The translations under genes and the position numbers were made by a program. A DNA stretch of 63,721 nt, the filler included, from Phoronis australis (taxonomy: Eukaryota; Animalia; Phoronida): the NCBI GenBank assembly GCA_002633005.1. It is 10 parts of 10 records of this genome, joined end to end, with 100 filler letters (N's around TTAATTAATTAA, not from the genome) between each part and the next. Parts side by side here need not be neighbours in the genome. Positions count along the whole stretch, not along the records: positions 37,156 to 39,769 come from NMRA01003553.1; positions 39,870 to 43,979 come from NMRA01002698.1; positions 44,080 to 48,480 come from NMRA01002600.1; positions 48,581 to 53,157 come from NMRA01000176.1; 6 more parts are not named here. One strand, 5' to 3'. Below, one piece after another: positions 37,789 through 51,440 of this stretch; position 1 is the first letter of the stretch; each line of letters starts with the position of its first letter. Below the pieces are notes generated by a model. It searched no databases. It was given only the letters and a program-made list of their open reading frames with translations, and was not told where the DNA came from.

Positions 37789-39199
37789 CTCCCTCTCCTT
37801 TCAGTTGTCTTCTTAGTTCAGTTTCACCGTTGTATAATGACAAGAAGTATGTTCTGTCGTAGGAGGATTCCACTTTCTTGTATACGCCTGTGAATTAAAA
37901 CTGACTAGGTAGAAATTGATTTCTTGTAAACCTGAGCAATAGTAGTTAAAAGACCTGTAACGTGATAAGCTTACTAAATTGCAATATTGAAAGTGGTTTT
38001 CTGCCTCTGATACAGTATTCAACCTGCTCACCAAGTATTTTTACGGTTTCTTTGTAAGGATTTTTAAGTATGGTCACATTTATGTCCGTGTAAAAAGCAT
38101 GGTGGACAATTGCAGCAGCTCCATACATTATTTATATGCATTTTATTAAACTTGTATTTAAGAGCCCCTATTCAAAAAAGCATCTTTTTATTTCATATGA
38201 AGTCATACTGACAAAACACAATTTTTTTCAGCGGNGCACACATACCCAAGCTTCTTGACCACATTGTCATTTCATCCCACATCTGGATGATGTTAGTGTG
38301 CGTGTCCAACTTTTTCAGGAGAGATTCAACTGTGGCAGCTACAAATACAAAATAAAATAATAAATACAGGCCAACCTGCGAGATAGTTTCTCTTTATAAT
38401 ACTATAACTGATTATATTACTTTTAATATGAAAGCTATAAACAAATGTACAATACGTGTTATTTATTGCAAGACATAGGAGATCACTGCTCTTTAAACTT
38501 CTCGTAAGTTGTTTAGGCTGTATTTTATAAATATCCGTTAAAAGTTTCATGTATAGGTGAACACAGGCCTTCATATAGAAATTAAACTATTGCTATTTAC
38601 TAAAACGGGGACTGCGTGAATAAGGTTTATAAAAAGATATCAACACATACGCGCACCGAAGCTAAAAAATGGAGGTTTGAATTGTTGAGAAAAAACGGGG
38701 TACTTTTAAAGCTATGAATTGTGCATTCGCCGAATTTTGGTTGTTCCTGCCTCTTTAGATGAACCTTTGCCTCGTTTTTTACTTTTTCGAACTTTTTGTT
38801 TCTTTGAGGCGAACCATTTATCCCACTTCACCAAATGGGGGGCTGGATGCGCGCATGAAACAAGATACTCAAGCAAATACTAATTTTTTCTCAACCCTAA
38901 TGAGAAAATTCAATTCCACCGAACCAGTTCAGTACTTCATTTAAGATTTAGCATCAACTTATCAAAATGCACCCATTGGCAGTGTTCTACAGTCAATGCA
39001 TTCCAGTATTTTGCTCATACTTGCATATCTATAAAGATCGTCATTAAGATGGAGGGTAATGGTTGGACCTTCTTTCAATCACATTTTACTGATAACGTGG
39101 TTATAATATTTACAACCTTTACTCACAATTATTTACGCGCGAATCTTTCAATGGTATCCCTGCAGCTGTCTCAACTTCCCTCACAGCACTACGATTAAC
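37789..39199 (-). CDS. Two internal exons of an unidentified gene
   Basis: Exons 39199-39127 (CCCCTCAG / GTGAGT) and 37887-37789 (CACAG / GTAAGG) join in phase: VNRSAVREVETAAGIPLKDSRVNN-C-VYKKVESSYDRTYFLSLYNGETELRRQLKGEG. Confidence 0.5.
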
Positions 39200-39519
39200 C
39201 TGAGGGGAAAAATTAATTAATAATTTATCGACAGGCACTTTATTTACACTTTTTCCATACAGGCAAATGACGCACATTCAAGAATAATTTGGGTTGATTC
39301 TTACTTGGAAAAACTTAACGTACTGGTTACAGGACAGGTAAAACAAACATCTCACAGTGCGTGAAGTTCAGGTAGGCGTACGGCCACTGTACTGACAATT
39401 CAAAGGAAAATCTATTCAAATAACTAAGAGACATCTTGAAACTACTCAGCTAATACTGGGGAAAAATCCCAACTTGTACCTCCAACGCCCCACTTTCTTT
39501 CCGTTGAAGAAAGCTATAT

Positions 39520-39769
39520 TTAGTCTTCATTTAGAATCAAAGAACTTACAACGAATTAGCAAAAGAATGGCTATCCCCTAGAATTAGTCAATAGGGTACT
39601 GAAAGCAGGACTCCAACGTACATGTAACCCCGATGATGTTCATCCTGTAGACAAAACTAACTACAAGTACTTTAAGATACCCTATGTTGGGTGTTACGCC
39701 AAAATTGCTCAACGAAAACTCAACAAATTGGTGAATGATTACTGTGTGAACTTAAGAGTTGTATTAACA
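39520..39769 (+). mobile_element. Penelope-like RT C-terminal/linker fragment
   Basis: KNGYPLELVNRVL..YKYFKIPYVG..AQRKLNKLV; nucleotide similarity to 16060-16140. Confidence 0.65.
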
Positions 39770-39869
39770 NNNNNNNNNNNNNNNNNNNNNNNNNNNNNNN
39801 NNNNNNNNNNNNNTTAATTAATTAANNNNNNNNNNNNNNNNNNNNNNNNNNNNNNNNNNNNNNNNNNNN

Positions 39870-39973
39870 CATCACCATTATTTTCTATCCTATTACACAC
39901 ACATCACCATTATTTTCTATCCTATTACACACACATCACCATTATTTTCTATCCTATTACACACACATCACCA
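39870..39973. repeat. 32-bp minisatellite (3+ copies)
   Basis: CATCACCATTATTTTCTATCCTATTACACACA repeated. Confidence 0.95.
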
Positions 39974-40665
39974 AGTTATCTATGATGTCATCGTATGTCT
40001 ACAAGCCAACAGCCATCCCACGATCATTTGAAAAATGACAGCAGTGCTGTATATGAAACTTCCAAATTAGCTCCTTAACACGCTTGGCATTTTTGATTGG
40101 ATTTATATCAAAGATATATTCAATTTTCAGCATTTCCCAACAAAACAACTTTTCATTTTCATTTCATATCCACCATTAAAATAAAAAACAAAACATTCTC
40201 TGAAGAAATAAAAAAGCCCTTATATTATGAAAAAAGCCGTCAACTCGAAAATAACAATAAAATCAGTAATTATACATTCCTAAAAAACAAAGCCTTTCAT
40301 CTAACCATAAACATCTGACAGAACTCGCCAGTTTAAATAGAGCGTGATCAAAGCTATTACATCTTCATTCAAACTTGCACTTTGTTGAAAAAACAGAACT
40401 GACAAAGAGTGTGTGTTATACAATGCACAATGTTGTATTTTTGCACGAGTAATTTGAACATCTCACCATCCCCCTTCCAAAAATGCTGTGAAACCTCGCT
40501 GTCATACATTTTTGAATTGTAAGTGTACAGTTGTCCCACAAAAATTCTATTACCTTCCAACCACATACTTTAGTTATTTCAATGGATTTCAAATACATGG
40601 GAAAGAAGCAACACCTGCACTCCTTGACAAGGACTATTCCGTAAAACTGTTTAGCCATCACATAC

Positions 40666-42158
40666 CTTCTACAGTTTTAATGAAATAGACACCTTTTGGT
40701 ACAAAGTACTGCTGTTCAAGATGTGAGTAACACAACACTGGGCGCCCACCAGAACCCTTCACCACTCTGCTTTGTATTCTACAATGAGCAAGAAATAGTT
40801 GTATGCTACATGTGATAGTGGATGGACAAATTATGAATTTCCTGGATAAACTGACATGCAAGAAGGTCATAGAACACATAATACATTGTTTTAACAGCCA
40901 AATGCTCAAAATGTCCTTCATCAATTGCAATTAGAACCTTTTGTCAACCACTGCTAACAAATGGAAGAAAACAAAAGCTGTGACAATAATCTAACTAATC
41001 AGTACTGTGCTTCTGGGCCCAGTTGCATAAAAGTTATATGCTGTATAGCAACAATAAAGTCGCATTATCACAAGTCACGTTGCTCTTGTTGAACAATGCA
41101 CCTGACATCATGCAACACTCGAAACTTCTCCAGCGGACAATTTTGAAGTTTTATGCAACCCAGACCTGATGATATCACTGGGTTCAAATCCAGATTTTTT
41201 CCATTTTCAATGCACAGCAACCGAAAAACGCTTTGACATAGTACAAGACGAAAGTATTCAGACAAAACAGCATTTCCCCATAATGATGACTTAATTCTGT
41301 CAACAGTGAAGACATTACTGCATAATGGCTAAGGCACTTCACTAACTTAACAGACAGTTAATTCCACTTCATTCTCGGTCATGATAAGATTGTTCTGACG
41401 ACAAATTCTGCTTCCTTCCATTATGAAGGGGAATTCTGGGTCATTTTGTCTAAATACATTCGTGTTTTGTGAGCTGTATGTTTTGCTGTGCTCTTCGTCA
41501 ATACAGTAACTCTTGCTGCAGGAATGATTTTCCAGGAAACTGCACCGTGTTCTCCTGCAGATATTTCAGTCGTTTCCTTAACTGCATCATATCCCACCTA
41601 AAAATTTCCCTTTATCTTGTTTGATCTATCTTGTCACGCCTATTGAAATGGATGCAGTTTTGCATTCTAAATAATACCACAAAAAGTATCTAGTTAAGAA
41701 CAGTTTATAAACTTGGGAAACCAAGATTAAAGTCAAATTCTCGAATTTGGGGTGACTAAATTTTTTTTTCTCCAACCTTGAACAAAATAATAATTTTTTC
41801 ACTGCCCCAAACTGGAGAATTTTTACTCCATTTATTATTTAATAACAGCATACTAATTTCAAGTATACTTAAACAAGAGCATCACATTCATTCATATTTT
41901 GCTTAAAACACACAATTTGGGCATTCCAGGTATAATTCAGAAAACTTACTTTTGGAATACCTTGTCTATTTCTTCGAAGCGAAAGACATGTTTGGCTCGT
42001 ATAGGGGCGAGGTCTTGGCGGCTGGTTTTAGTTACTGCTTTAGCCAGCTTCACCAAGCGCTCCATCCTGGCATTGAAGTGCTCATTCCTTACATCTACCC
42101 CGTACAACACAACAGCATCTAGCACATGAACAGCTGTGAGTCTGCGCTGACCTTTGCC
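40666..42158 (-). CDS. CMTR1: Cap-specific mRNA 2'-O-methyltransferase 1, two exons from the guanylyltransferase-like region
   Basis: Exon 42158-41950 GKGQRRLTAVHVLDAVVLYGVDVRNEHFNARM..APIRAKHVFRFEEIDKVFQ and exon 40778-40666 IQSRVVKGSGGRPVLCY..YFVPKGVYFIKTVE, GT-AG and in phase. They match my recollection of vertebrate CMTR1 (GKAQRKISAIHILD..QHFNQRI..PIRVKEVYRLEEMEKIF..IIKGSSGTP). Confidence 0.88.
41014..41170. mobile_element. Small intronic MITE
   Basis: Inverted ends GTTGCATAAAAGTT / AAGTTTTATGCAAC. Confidence 0.55.
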
Positions 42159-42696
42159 CTAAAGAATTCAAGAATCATTTTCAACCAAACTAACCAGGGC
42201 CGTGGAATTTGGTTGTGCCCAGGAGCAAAAGCCGAACAAACAATTTTTACTTTCAGTCAAAAAATCTTAACAAGAGCAACACATTGCGTTGACCAGCAAC
42301 CACTATAGATGGTGAAGATATAAGGGAATGTTGGATCTATTCGAGAATTAGCATCACTTATGCTCTCCTCATTTGGAACGCCTAAGTAAAATTTCAAGAT
42401 CTATCAATGAATGAAATTCGTAAATATTGAGGCAAACTCTAAGAAACGTTAAAAGCTATCACAAGGGAACACCGGAACAGTCAAACTGGCACTGAAATCA
42501 ACACCACCATTTTCATATACTAGATTGCACAGCTGAATCACTGAAAACCACTTTTGTCACTAGTTGTGCATGGGCTGAGGTGAGCACACATTGAAGACGG
42601 GCATTTTTCCACAGAGCAATTTTATAGTTTTATATTGTGAAATCATCATCCTTAATGACTCTGACAGCAACAGACTCTAGGCAACAATGAGGACCC

Positions 42697-43150
42697 CNAA
42701 AAACTTAATTTTTTGGAAAATAACTTGAGTTTTTGACGATAAACTTATTAGTTTTCAAAAGGAAGTTTTCAAAACTTAATTTTTTTTGTCAAAAACGTCT
42801 TTTGTCAAAAACTTAAGTTTTTAAGAATCATCTTAAGTTTTTCAGAAAATTTTTTTCAAGTATGAAACTTAAGTTTTCACCAATAAAATTAAGTTTCAAG
42901 TAATAACTTAAGTTTTGATGAAAACTTAAGGTATTCGTACTATCAAAACTTAAACTTTTCTGATAACTTTAGTATTTCACAAAACTTAAGTTTTTCGAAT
43001 CATAAAAACTTAAGTTTTCCTGTTGACTTCATATTAAGTTTTTCACAAAACTTAAGTTTTTCTAATTACAGAATCCTAAGTTTTCCTGATTTCTTAAATT
43101 TTTCAAAGTTTTTCATGTTTTAAAACTTGTACGTTTTCTGAAAACTGTAA
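42697..43150. repeat. Array of palindromic AAAACTTAAGTTTT motifs (foldback-type arm)
   Basis: More than 10 imperfect copies of the 14-bp palindrome at ~20-30-bp spacing. Confidence 0.8.
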
Positions 43151-44079
43151 GGTTTCTATGTGTTTAAAATGTACATTTTCAAGTTTCGAAAATTTGAATA
43201 TTGGGTGATATTTGATTTTTATTGTTTGAATTATTCTAAAGTTTTCCAACAAAAATTATTGTTTACTTACACAAAACCCATAATGTAATAAAAATGTATC
43301 CATGTAAAATGGACAAATTTGTTGCCTTGAATGTTTCCTTAACATTTATATAAAATACATAAACCAACGAATGTTGAATTGCTTCAAACAATTAACTACA
43401 GGTCTCCGTTGATTTAAATGTAGACAAACATCCGGCGACCAACAGTAGTATTAATGCACCGAAATGTCCAACCCACGAGACATTTACCTGATCAGCATAT
43501 TGTAATCAATATCACTCGCGCAATTCTTAACAAAATGCAATTTTTGTCATGAGGGTCAGCCCTCTCAGCGAGCGACCTTGGCTATCCCAGTTGCCCTCTG
43601 TTGCTCATGACAAAGCCGTCCTAACAATAGCTCTATAGTGAGCCAGCCAACCACACAAATCGCTTGTGCAATATTATGTAAGCATTAACTAGGCCTTGGG
43701 CAGACACCAGAATAGAAGTTTCAGATATAACTATTTATGCACGTGTTAAAAATTTTTGTGCTATATTGAAAATTATTGATCAAAATCGATTACATACAGT
43801 CGTTGAACGGCGAAAATTGATGCCCAACTTGCCGAGAAAGAAACCTTGTCGTCACTCAGCATTGAAGAATTAATACACACGTAAAACGGCTTGAACCATT
43901 TGATCAGTTTTGTCAATAAACGCTTCAAATGAGGACATTATACATTCATTACGTTTTTTATATTCTATCAACACCGTTCNNNNNNNNNNNNNNNNNNNNN
44001 NNNNNNNNNNNNNNNNNNNNNNNTTAATTAATTAANNNNNNNNNNNNNNNNNNNNNNNNNNNNNNNNNNNNNNNNNNNN

Positions 44080-44270
44080 GTTAAAATATTAAAAATGAAA
44101 CTACGAGCGTCGGTACTAAAATATATTAAAATATTCCCCACGTTTCGAATGATGCGCTCTTTGTCAAGGGTTAGATGCTGACAAAGAACGCATCGCTCGA
44201 AACGTGGCGAGTATTTTAATACATTTTAGTATTTTAGTACAGACGATTGTCGTTTTTTTAATATTTTTTT
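44080..44270. repeat. ~90-bp-arm inverted repeat with a short loop
   Basis: CCACGTTTCGAATGATGCGCTCTTTGTCA / TGACAAAGAACGCATCGCTCGAAACGTGG plus AT-rich outer arms. Confidence 0.8.
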
Positions 44271-45372
44271 ATTTTATATTCTTATCCGTCGGTAACTGCA
44301 CGGCATTCCAGCATCTATTTGATTTATTCATTATAAGTTACACATGTTACACTACCAATGTCTGCATCTTTCCCAAATCTTCCATTTATTATTCTTATTT
44401 CATTTCTTTGACAAAACTCTAATAATTCAGCACCACACTCATTTACCTAACCATAATCTTGTGAGGTCCTACAACATAGGCTATCTTCTTATTTTAGTTA
44501 AAACTAACACAATCAAAGAATAGGACTGGATTCATCCATATACTTAATACCATGATCTTCAATAAAGTGTGTCCTGTTACGCGAACGAGCATTAAAATCG
44601 TCCATTATTAAAAAGTGACAAGCCCCCGTCACTTCCCCCAGAATAACCGTGCACCTCCCGTTTAAGTATTTTTATTGTGTCCAAATTTTTACTTGAACTT
44701 TTGGAGACTGAAACATAACTGAAACTAAAACAGGATGTAAATAATCGGGGAGCACAATTTTATCCATAAATCGTCAGCAGAACTTGAAGCCCATAATAAT
44801 ACTTAGAAAACAATAATACACCACCAAAATTACGAAATGCTTGATGGTGTTTATTTCTCACCGACCCAAAACACTGGTAACCTTCAAACTTATCTTTACC
44901 CATTGCCCATGTTTGAACTAAAGCGATGACATACCGCATTTACAAAATCAGTCCTCTGTATTTTATGCTTTACGAGTCCTTCGGTAGTCCAACAAATACA
45001 TTTCCATGACGACTTGTCTTGTGGGCCAACAATTGGCCTAATCGCAAGTGCTGCACCGGCTGTGTTCGAGACGGACCAGCCATGTCGAACACCTGGTGCG
45101 CGTGCAGTAACGATAGGACGTGCGCTAGGACCTAGCTAAAATCTAGCCAAAGTCACGTGCTCTCATTTAAAGTACACGGCACTATCTCACGTAATCTCGC
45201 GAAGTCTTGCTTTTTAGCGAGGTCCTAGCGTTACTGAACGGGAGGCAGATTTTCATGATGCCGAACAACGGCTTCTGTTCGGGTTGATAGGTTGCACATT
45301 AATTGTGCGACGTTTAACTTTTACTCATATCGTTCTTTTCGGCGTGCACCAACGCTGCTCCCGGCGAGGTGA

Positions 45373-45531
45373 CAGTGGCGGATTTAGAGGGGGGCCAAGG
45401 GGGCCATGGCCCTCCCTAAAATTCTGCCAGATTTCATTTGGCAGTTCGGGGGTGCGAATATCTCACGGCCAAAATGCTGGCTAATACTCTGAGCTGGCAC
45501 CCTCTAACTCAAAATCCTGGATCCGCCCCTG
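45373..45531. mobile_element. MITE, CAGTGGCGGAT family
   Basis: TIRs and flanking 6-bp duplication AGGTGA; relatives at 1940-2091, 51265-51440, 57084-57155. Confidence 0.8.
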
Positions 45532-46159
45532 AGGTGAAAGCCACTCATGCCCATAGTGAAGACTTCATGGGACTTCGCAATGGACATTATTTGAGAATTG
45601 AAGCAGAGACTATAGAGTTTAAGTCTTAGGTTTACTAATATGCATATGCGCCACCTTTTGGCTGGAAATGTGCTTCATTGGCGGGTGTCAGATCAAGGAG
45701 TGTATTGTAGACCCAAGACATGACCAGAGATTTTACTCGCTTGTTACATGTAACGTAGCATGTTGTCGGTCGGGCGACTCTTGTATCAAGTGCAAAAATA
45801 TGCGTCTCGGCATCGTCAAAAGAATCAATTTACTGACAGTTCTGCTATAGTCGGGATTATCATTGCTTCGTAACAAACAATTTGAGACCATCGTTATAAA
45901 GGTAAATCTCAATTCAATTTTTGACAGAAATTTCGGGGTTTGATGTTGCTTTTAGCTCGCGTAGATGATATATGCTGATTTTTTGACAAGAATCCCCAAC
46001 AAAACTTGCTTAGCCTAAGTCCTATTGGGTAATCGAAAATGTTTTTTAACATTGTTTTTTCGCTATGTTTTTCTCTGATCACGTTTGAGTGAATCTCAAT
46101 AGAACCTGTCTCTCGCACGCGGTGTATGTCAGGTGCCAGCGAAGTTTCGTCCCTGACGG

Positions 46160-46400
46160 CTCTAAATGATTTCGGGTGGAATATGCACCCTTCCCTCGCT
46201 TCTTGCGACTATGAAATATTCGAGGAGCCGTTTGTATATAGATTGTACGCATGCGATTGTCATACATAAAATCAGTTCTGCTGGTCACGAGACAGATTTT
46301 GACAATGTTAGAATTTTAGATTACGTTGCTTGTACATTCCGTCTGTAAAAGAAAGCTTCAAAATTTTAGAACACAACCCCAACTCAATAGTCTCTGTAAT
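46160..46400 (+). mobile_element. Degenerate Penelope GIY-YIG fragment
   Basis: H....GHETDFDNVRILD motif typical of the endonuclease C-terminus. Confidence 0.55.
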
Positions 46401-49400
46401 TTTCCCGCCGTATGTTTTGCATGTTGTATATTTCGCTCGATAATACAGCTAAACGGACGTTGTGTTATAAAGTCTTGATCGTCAGTTTTATCCTGACTGT
46501 CATAGGTTTTAACCTCCCTGTGGATTTTTTCTTAGGTTTTGCGAAGCGTTCCTTTTCAAATCCTGCTTGAAACCTAAATGAACAAATAAAGAAATTGAAA
46601 ATAATCAGTTGTACGACAGTCCGCACAGAATTCTCCTTCGTCCCGGAGGTAAGAAACGGTACCGCGTTGTATCACTGGACCCCTTTAGGAAATTTCGGGG
46701 TTGATCTTGAAGATCATGTCGGAAAACACTACGCATCCACAGATATGTGTACTTGTCAAATTTAACCAATTTTCTACCGTGGCGTTACAACTAACAACAC
46801 AACAGAAAAACTTCGCATCCATTGGAAGGTCAAGTGGAGAAATACAACCGAGATAAACGCCAAAAAATAACATGCAAAATTTTAACGGCACGAAAAATGG
46901 CTGTACGTGTAAAAGTCATGGTACTTGACGGATATTAAAGCATTGTGGGTACATATAAATAGTGCAACATTCAAATACAGTAAACAGACGCTGTATGGGA
47001 TTCGGTGTTACTGTACAATAGGTCACACTAGTTTAGAAAATGTCCAAATTTGGCTAACTTCGAAATGTTACGAGGAAAGGTTGATCGGATTTAAATGAAA
47101 CTTCCAAATACTTTGCAATGTTGCACTAGTCTTAAAATGTTTGTTAAGGATTGTTTTTAGAACGATCCGTTAGTGGAAGAGAGGTTATCCAAAATGTCAC
47201 TTTATTTTTTACGTAAAAAACTCAAAAAGTTGCATGAAATGAAAACGAAATGATGGATGTGAAAATCATAACAGTGTTTTTGAGATTTCTTCGAGAGCAT
47301 TTTCATCAAAGGAAATATAGACATGTTGTTAATGCGTTGTTTTGCTTTGAATGTTCCTTTCTTTTTGCTTAAGAGATGTCGCAACGTGACTCAATCAATG
47401 GCATATTGGTAGGAAGTCATCCTGTAGGATTTCTATAGAATAGTTTTCAAAAACATAAACGTTTACTGATACAATAGGTAATTTATTACTGCGTTAGCGT
47501 CGGTTTCAAAATTCAGTTGGACTCCCGCACCTTCAAAACCAGCCCGAAAAACACGAACCCCGACTTTTGAAACAGGAATCCCGGGGAACAAAACACCTCA
47601 CCCAGTACCTCAGTACATTTCAAGTGCTTTGCGTTCACACGACATGTATCAATTTTACATTTTGATGAAAAAATAATCTTTCTGCTTTAAGTAGTTGTTG
47701 TGATATGTTTTTTACTATGTGAGTTTTAGACAACTTGTGACCGATTGACGAGCTGGTGCGATCTTTTGCATCGGCGCCATGAAATATTACGTCACCTATT
47801 GGCCAGTTTCTATTCCCCAATTCTTTAATCACCCGCTCCTCTTCCACGAGGTTGCGTACATGTCACAACAAATTATCGGAACTTTCATTTCGTTACAAGT
47901 TTTTAGTATTTTACTACCACCAAACCGAATTTCAGAATAAATTTTGCAGCAGTGATCCGTCAAAAAGAGCGTAAATGCGTGGAGTTCAGAAATTCCGATT
48001 CCAAATTCCGTTTTAACGATGCATGAGGAGTAGATTGAAGTACACTTTTTTGAGGACAAGAACGGTGAATTTGGTGACGGTGCAGGTCTTTTGAGTGAAT
48101 AATTCTCGCGGTCCATTTCAAAATCCGCAAATTGATTTTGCCGGAAATAATGTACTCACTACAACTAAATCGACGAACCCTAAAATACGGCCAGTTGTAA
48201 AGATATTTAAAGGGGATAACCAACAATGGCACTCAAAAGTCGAAATAATGTTTTTCATTTTTGGGAATATTTTTGGAGAAACTATTGGATAATCTAAAAT
48301 AACTAAATATTCACCGAGTTTTAATGTATTAAATACTCTCAACACGTTGTTAAAACAATGTGTTGAGAGTATAGATTATGTTGAAATTTGCCAACAAGAA
48401 AGTTGCACGAATTTTACCAATGAAAATCAAATAACAATGTCAATATAATATAAATTACGTTTTATTTTTTGGCAATTTTTNNNNNNNNNNNNNNNNNNNN
48501 NNNNNNNNNNNNNNNNNNNNNNNNTTAATTAATTAANNNNNNNNNNNNNNNNNNNNNNNNNNNNNNNNNNNNNNNNNNNNTGGTGCATGAAATTGAACTT
48601 TTCAGGTTCAAAACGGTTTTTAGTGTGTAAAAATTATGAAAGTCAGGGGTTACACCAGTGTTTGCATCATTGCATGACTGCTTGTTTTACTGTGAAATGA
48701 TTCATTCATGAACTTGAGAGGGTATATGTGTCACCTGCAGTTTTCTGTAATATACACAAATCTATATGACTGTCTTTAGTCCAGCCTGACAACTCAAGCA
48801 GTCTCTGTGAATTAAGTCTCGGTTTTAAGACTGAGTTTGTAGAACATTCAAAGTTTTTCATTTTCTTTAAATTCCAGAAATAATTTATTTATTATAAAGT
48901 TTTACTTTTGAGAAGTTCAAAGTGCTACTAGGAAATGATGTGCTTGAAAGTTACTAGCCATTCAAGCATCACGGCCACTGGTAATACACTAAAGAGTAAA
49001 GTCGACTAGAGAAGATATCAGATTGTGTCATAATTTACTTGCAAAGTTGGCCCATTGTATCTGCAAATCTTCACTAGCCACTTTCTTATTAACTCTTAGT
49101 CAGTAAGATATTGATGAAATGACATTACTTTTTTTATTCTTTAGTTATTTGTGCAGTGTGCAATTGTTTATGTAGAGATTCACTGTTAACAGACAGCTTC
49201 CTGTAGACTGGTCAGTACTAGCCTCCTTCTGGGATTGGAATGTGAGTCGTGCATAAATTTTGAGAAAGGCCTATTCTCGACCGCTCGTTCACAATTCCAC
49301 TTAAACAAAACTTCCGACTTATTGTTTCAAGTTCCAGACAGTGCTGCGAAGCCTTGACTTGTGATGAACTTCGGAGGCAGGCTCCTTGATACAATAACCT

Positions 49401-51264
49401 GCTCTCTCTATATAGTATCTGACTCTTTGTTGACTAACATATTAACTGCTGCTTCAGTAGATGTGCGACCGTTCACTCCACTGGCGATTTTTTCCGCTAG
49501 TGAAAGGGCTAGCGAAAAGCTAGTGGACAGACACGGCTGTCCAAAATCGTGCTGTGGATGATTTTTGTACATTTCCAGATTTCATCATTTTTCATCACTT
49601 CAACTTATAGTTTACAGGATTTTGCTGTGCCAAATACTCCACAAATCATGAAGAAAGTAGAAAAGTATCCATTTATTGTCAAGCACCTTACTTTATTTGA
49701 TTAACATTTCACCAATATGTCCCTCAAAATTACCAAAATTTACTTGGCCCTGGAGCCCGATGCCTTGGCCGATGGAAAGGAGTCATATCTTGTTTTAGAA
49801 GGGATTGTGCCCCCTATTGGATGTTGGCATTCATATATGGATATTTCCGTGTGTTTTCGTCTGAGAAATATATTTTTAGGCCCTACTTTATACATTTTTA
49901 TTGGCTTCCGAACAGTTACGGAAGAAGGACCACGCGCAGTCTGATTGGTTAATTGGCACACATGACCAGCTTCGTTTATACCCACTCGTCGTTTGCAACC
50001 TCTTATCTATCAGCAAGAATAGGCAACCATTTTGAGGGCTTGAATACATCAAATTTTACTGTTTTGATCGGGATTTTATTGCATTGCTTCGATGCAGCAC
50101 AGATCAATAATGGGGTACATGTAAATAAAACGAGCGGTGCAGCGACCCTCTGGGAAAGCGTTCAGAAGCACGAGAGGCAATATTCGACGTTCAACAATTG
50201 ACCTATCGCCAAGATTATGACGGACCAATCAGAACGCAGCATTCTTGGCACACCTTTGTCTGCGTTTTCAAGCCGCCATTTAACCCAACAAACCACACGC
50301 AGTCGAGTATAACTTACTTTAGTCTATAGATCAAGAAATTGTCCGCTAAGAATGGGGAAACGGTGTTGATATGACGTGTGTAGCACCTACAGCCGTTATG
50401 CTGCCCCAGAATAATATCCCGTCATTTTTTGGCATGTCCTAAGCCGAAAAATGATGTTGAAAAGTGTAAACTATGGATTAAACTGTACGGCCACACGAGC
50501 AGCTGAATTTAGCGATATTGCTTGATAACTCGAAGGCTACAATAAACACAAATATATTAGTTCCAAGATACGCACATTTCAGCTTGGTGGCTATAGTGCA
50601 GTGCTATCTCAGATTTTGACTCCCGAGTTGGCTACATCTGGTCGCCTTTGTCTCGGCACCTGCAGGATCTCAGCACTCTAGCGGTAGTCCCCGGAAATTG
50701 TTGTTTTAAGTTCAAGGACATTTTTATTTTATGTTTTTTTTATATATTTCAACCTAATTCGGAACATTATTTTGTTTTGTATCAGAGGTACATTTTAAAT
50801 TTGTTATTCATAAACCGTAAGCTGGCGTTCAACTGAACTTCTCTCCCGGTCAAAATTCAGAGAGTCGATCGACACAGGGAAGGGCACTGGATTACTGCCG
50901 GACGGGAACTCAAAGCCTTGGTCGAGCTGTTGTTACTAAAAATAAACTGTTGAATTCCTTTTTGACGTGTACCTCTAGTATACACTATGTCTGTAGAGTT
51001 AGAGAGAGCTCATTTTGGAGTTGTTCAAACATGATATTTAGATTTATGAAGTTTTAAAAAAGAATTTGAGTTATTTTGTAAATACCCTGTTTTTGCAACT
51101 ACCACACCAGACTTGTAATCTTTTGTAACCATACCACGACTTAGTGATCATGCTACCTTCAAAATTAAATGAAAGCTACCTTTATGGAATGAAACTACAA
51201 AAATGCCAAGTTCATAAGAAGGTAGGCCTAATTTAAATGTCTTAATGGTGCAAACGGACAATTC

Positions 51265-51440
51265 CATAGGAGGATTTAGGGGGGAAGAGGCAGGGGCCCT
51301 NTTCTGAACAGAAGGTCCAACGATCTACATCCCTGGCTTCTGCAACTTTCGGGCCGCCTGTGCACATACAATCGCACTTTGCCCAATTCCACGAGGCAAC
51401 ATATGTTGGGCCCCCCTGTGGTATCCTAGATCCGCCACTG
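51265..51440. mobile_element. MITE (CATAGGAGGAT / ATCCGCCACTG)
   Basis: Imperfect TIRs with AATTC on both flanks. Confidence 0.6.

Noticed and set aside
46536-46648. Exon-like segment with a good acceptor and a GTAAGA donor
   Set aside because: Stops in all three frames; at most a UTR exon, with no other support.
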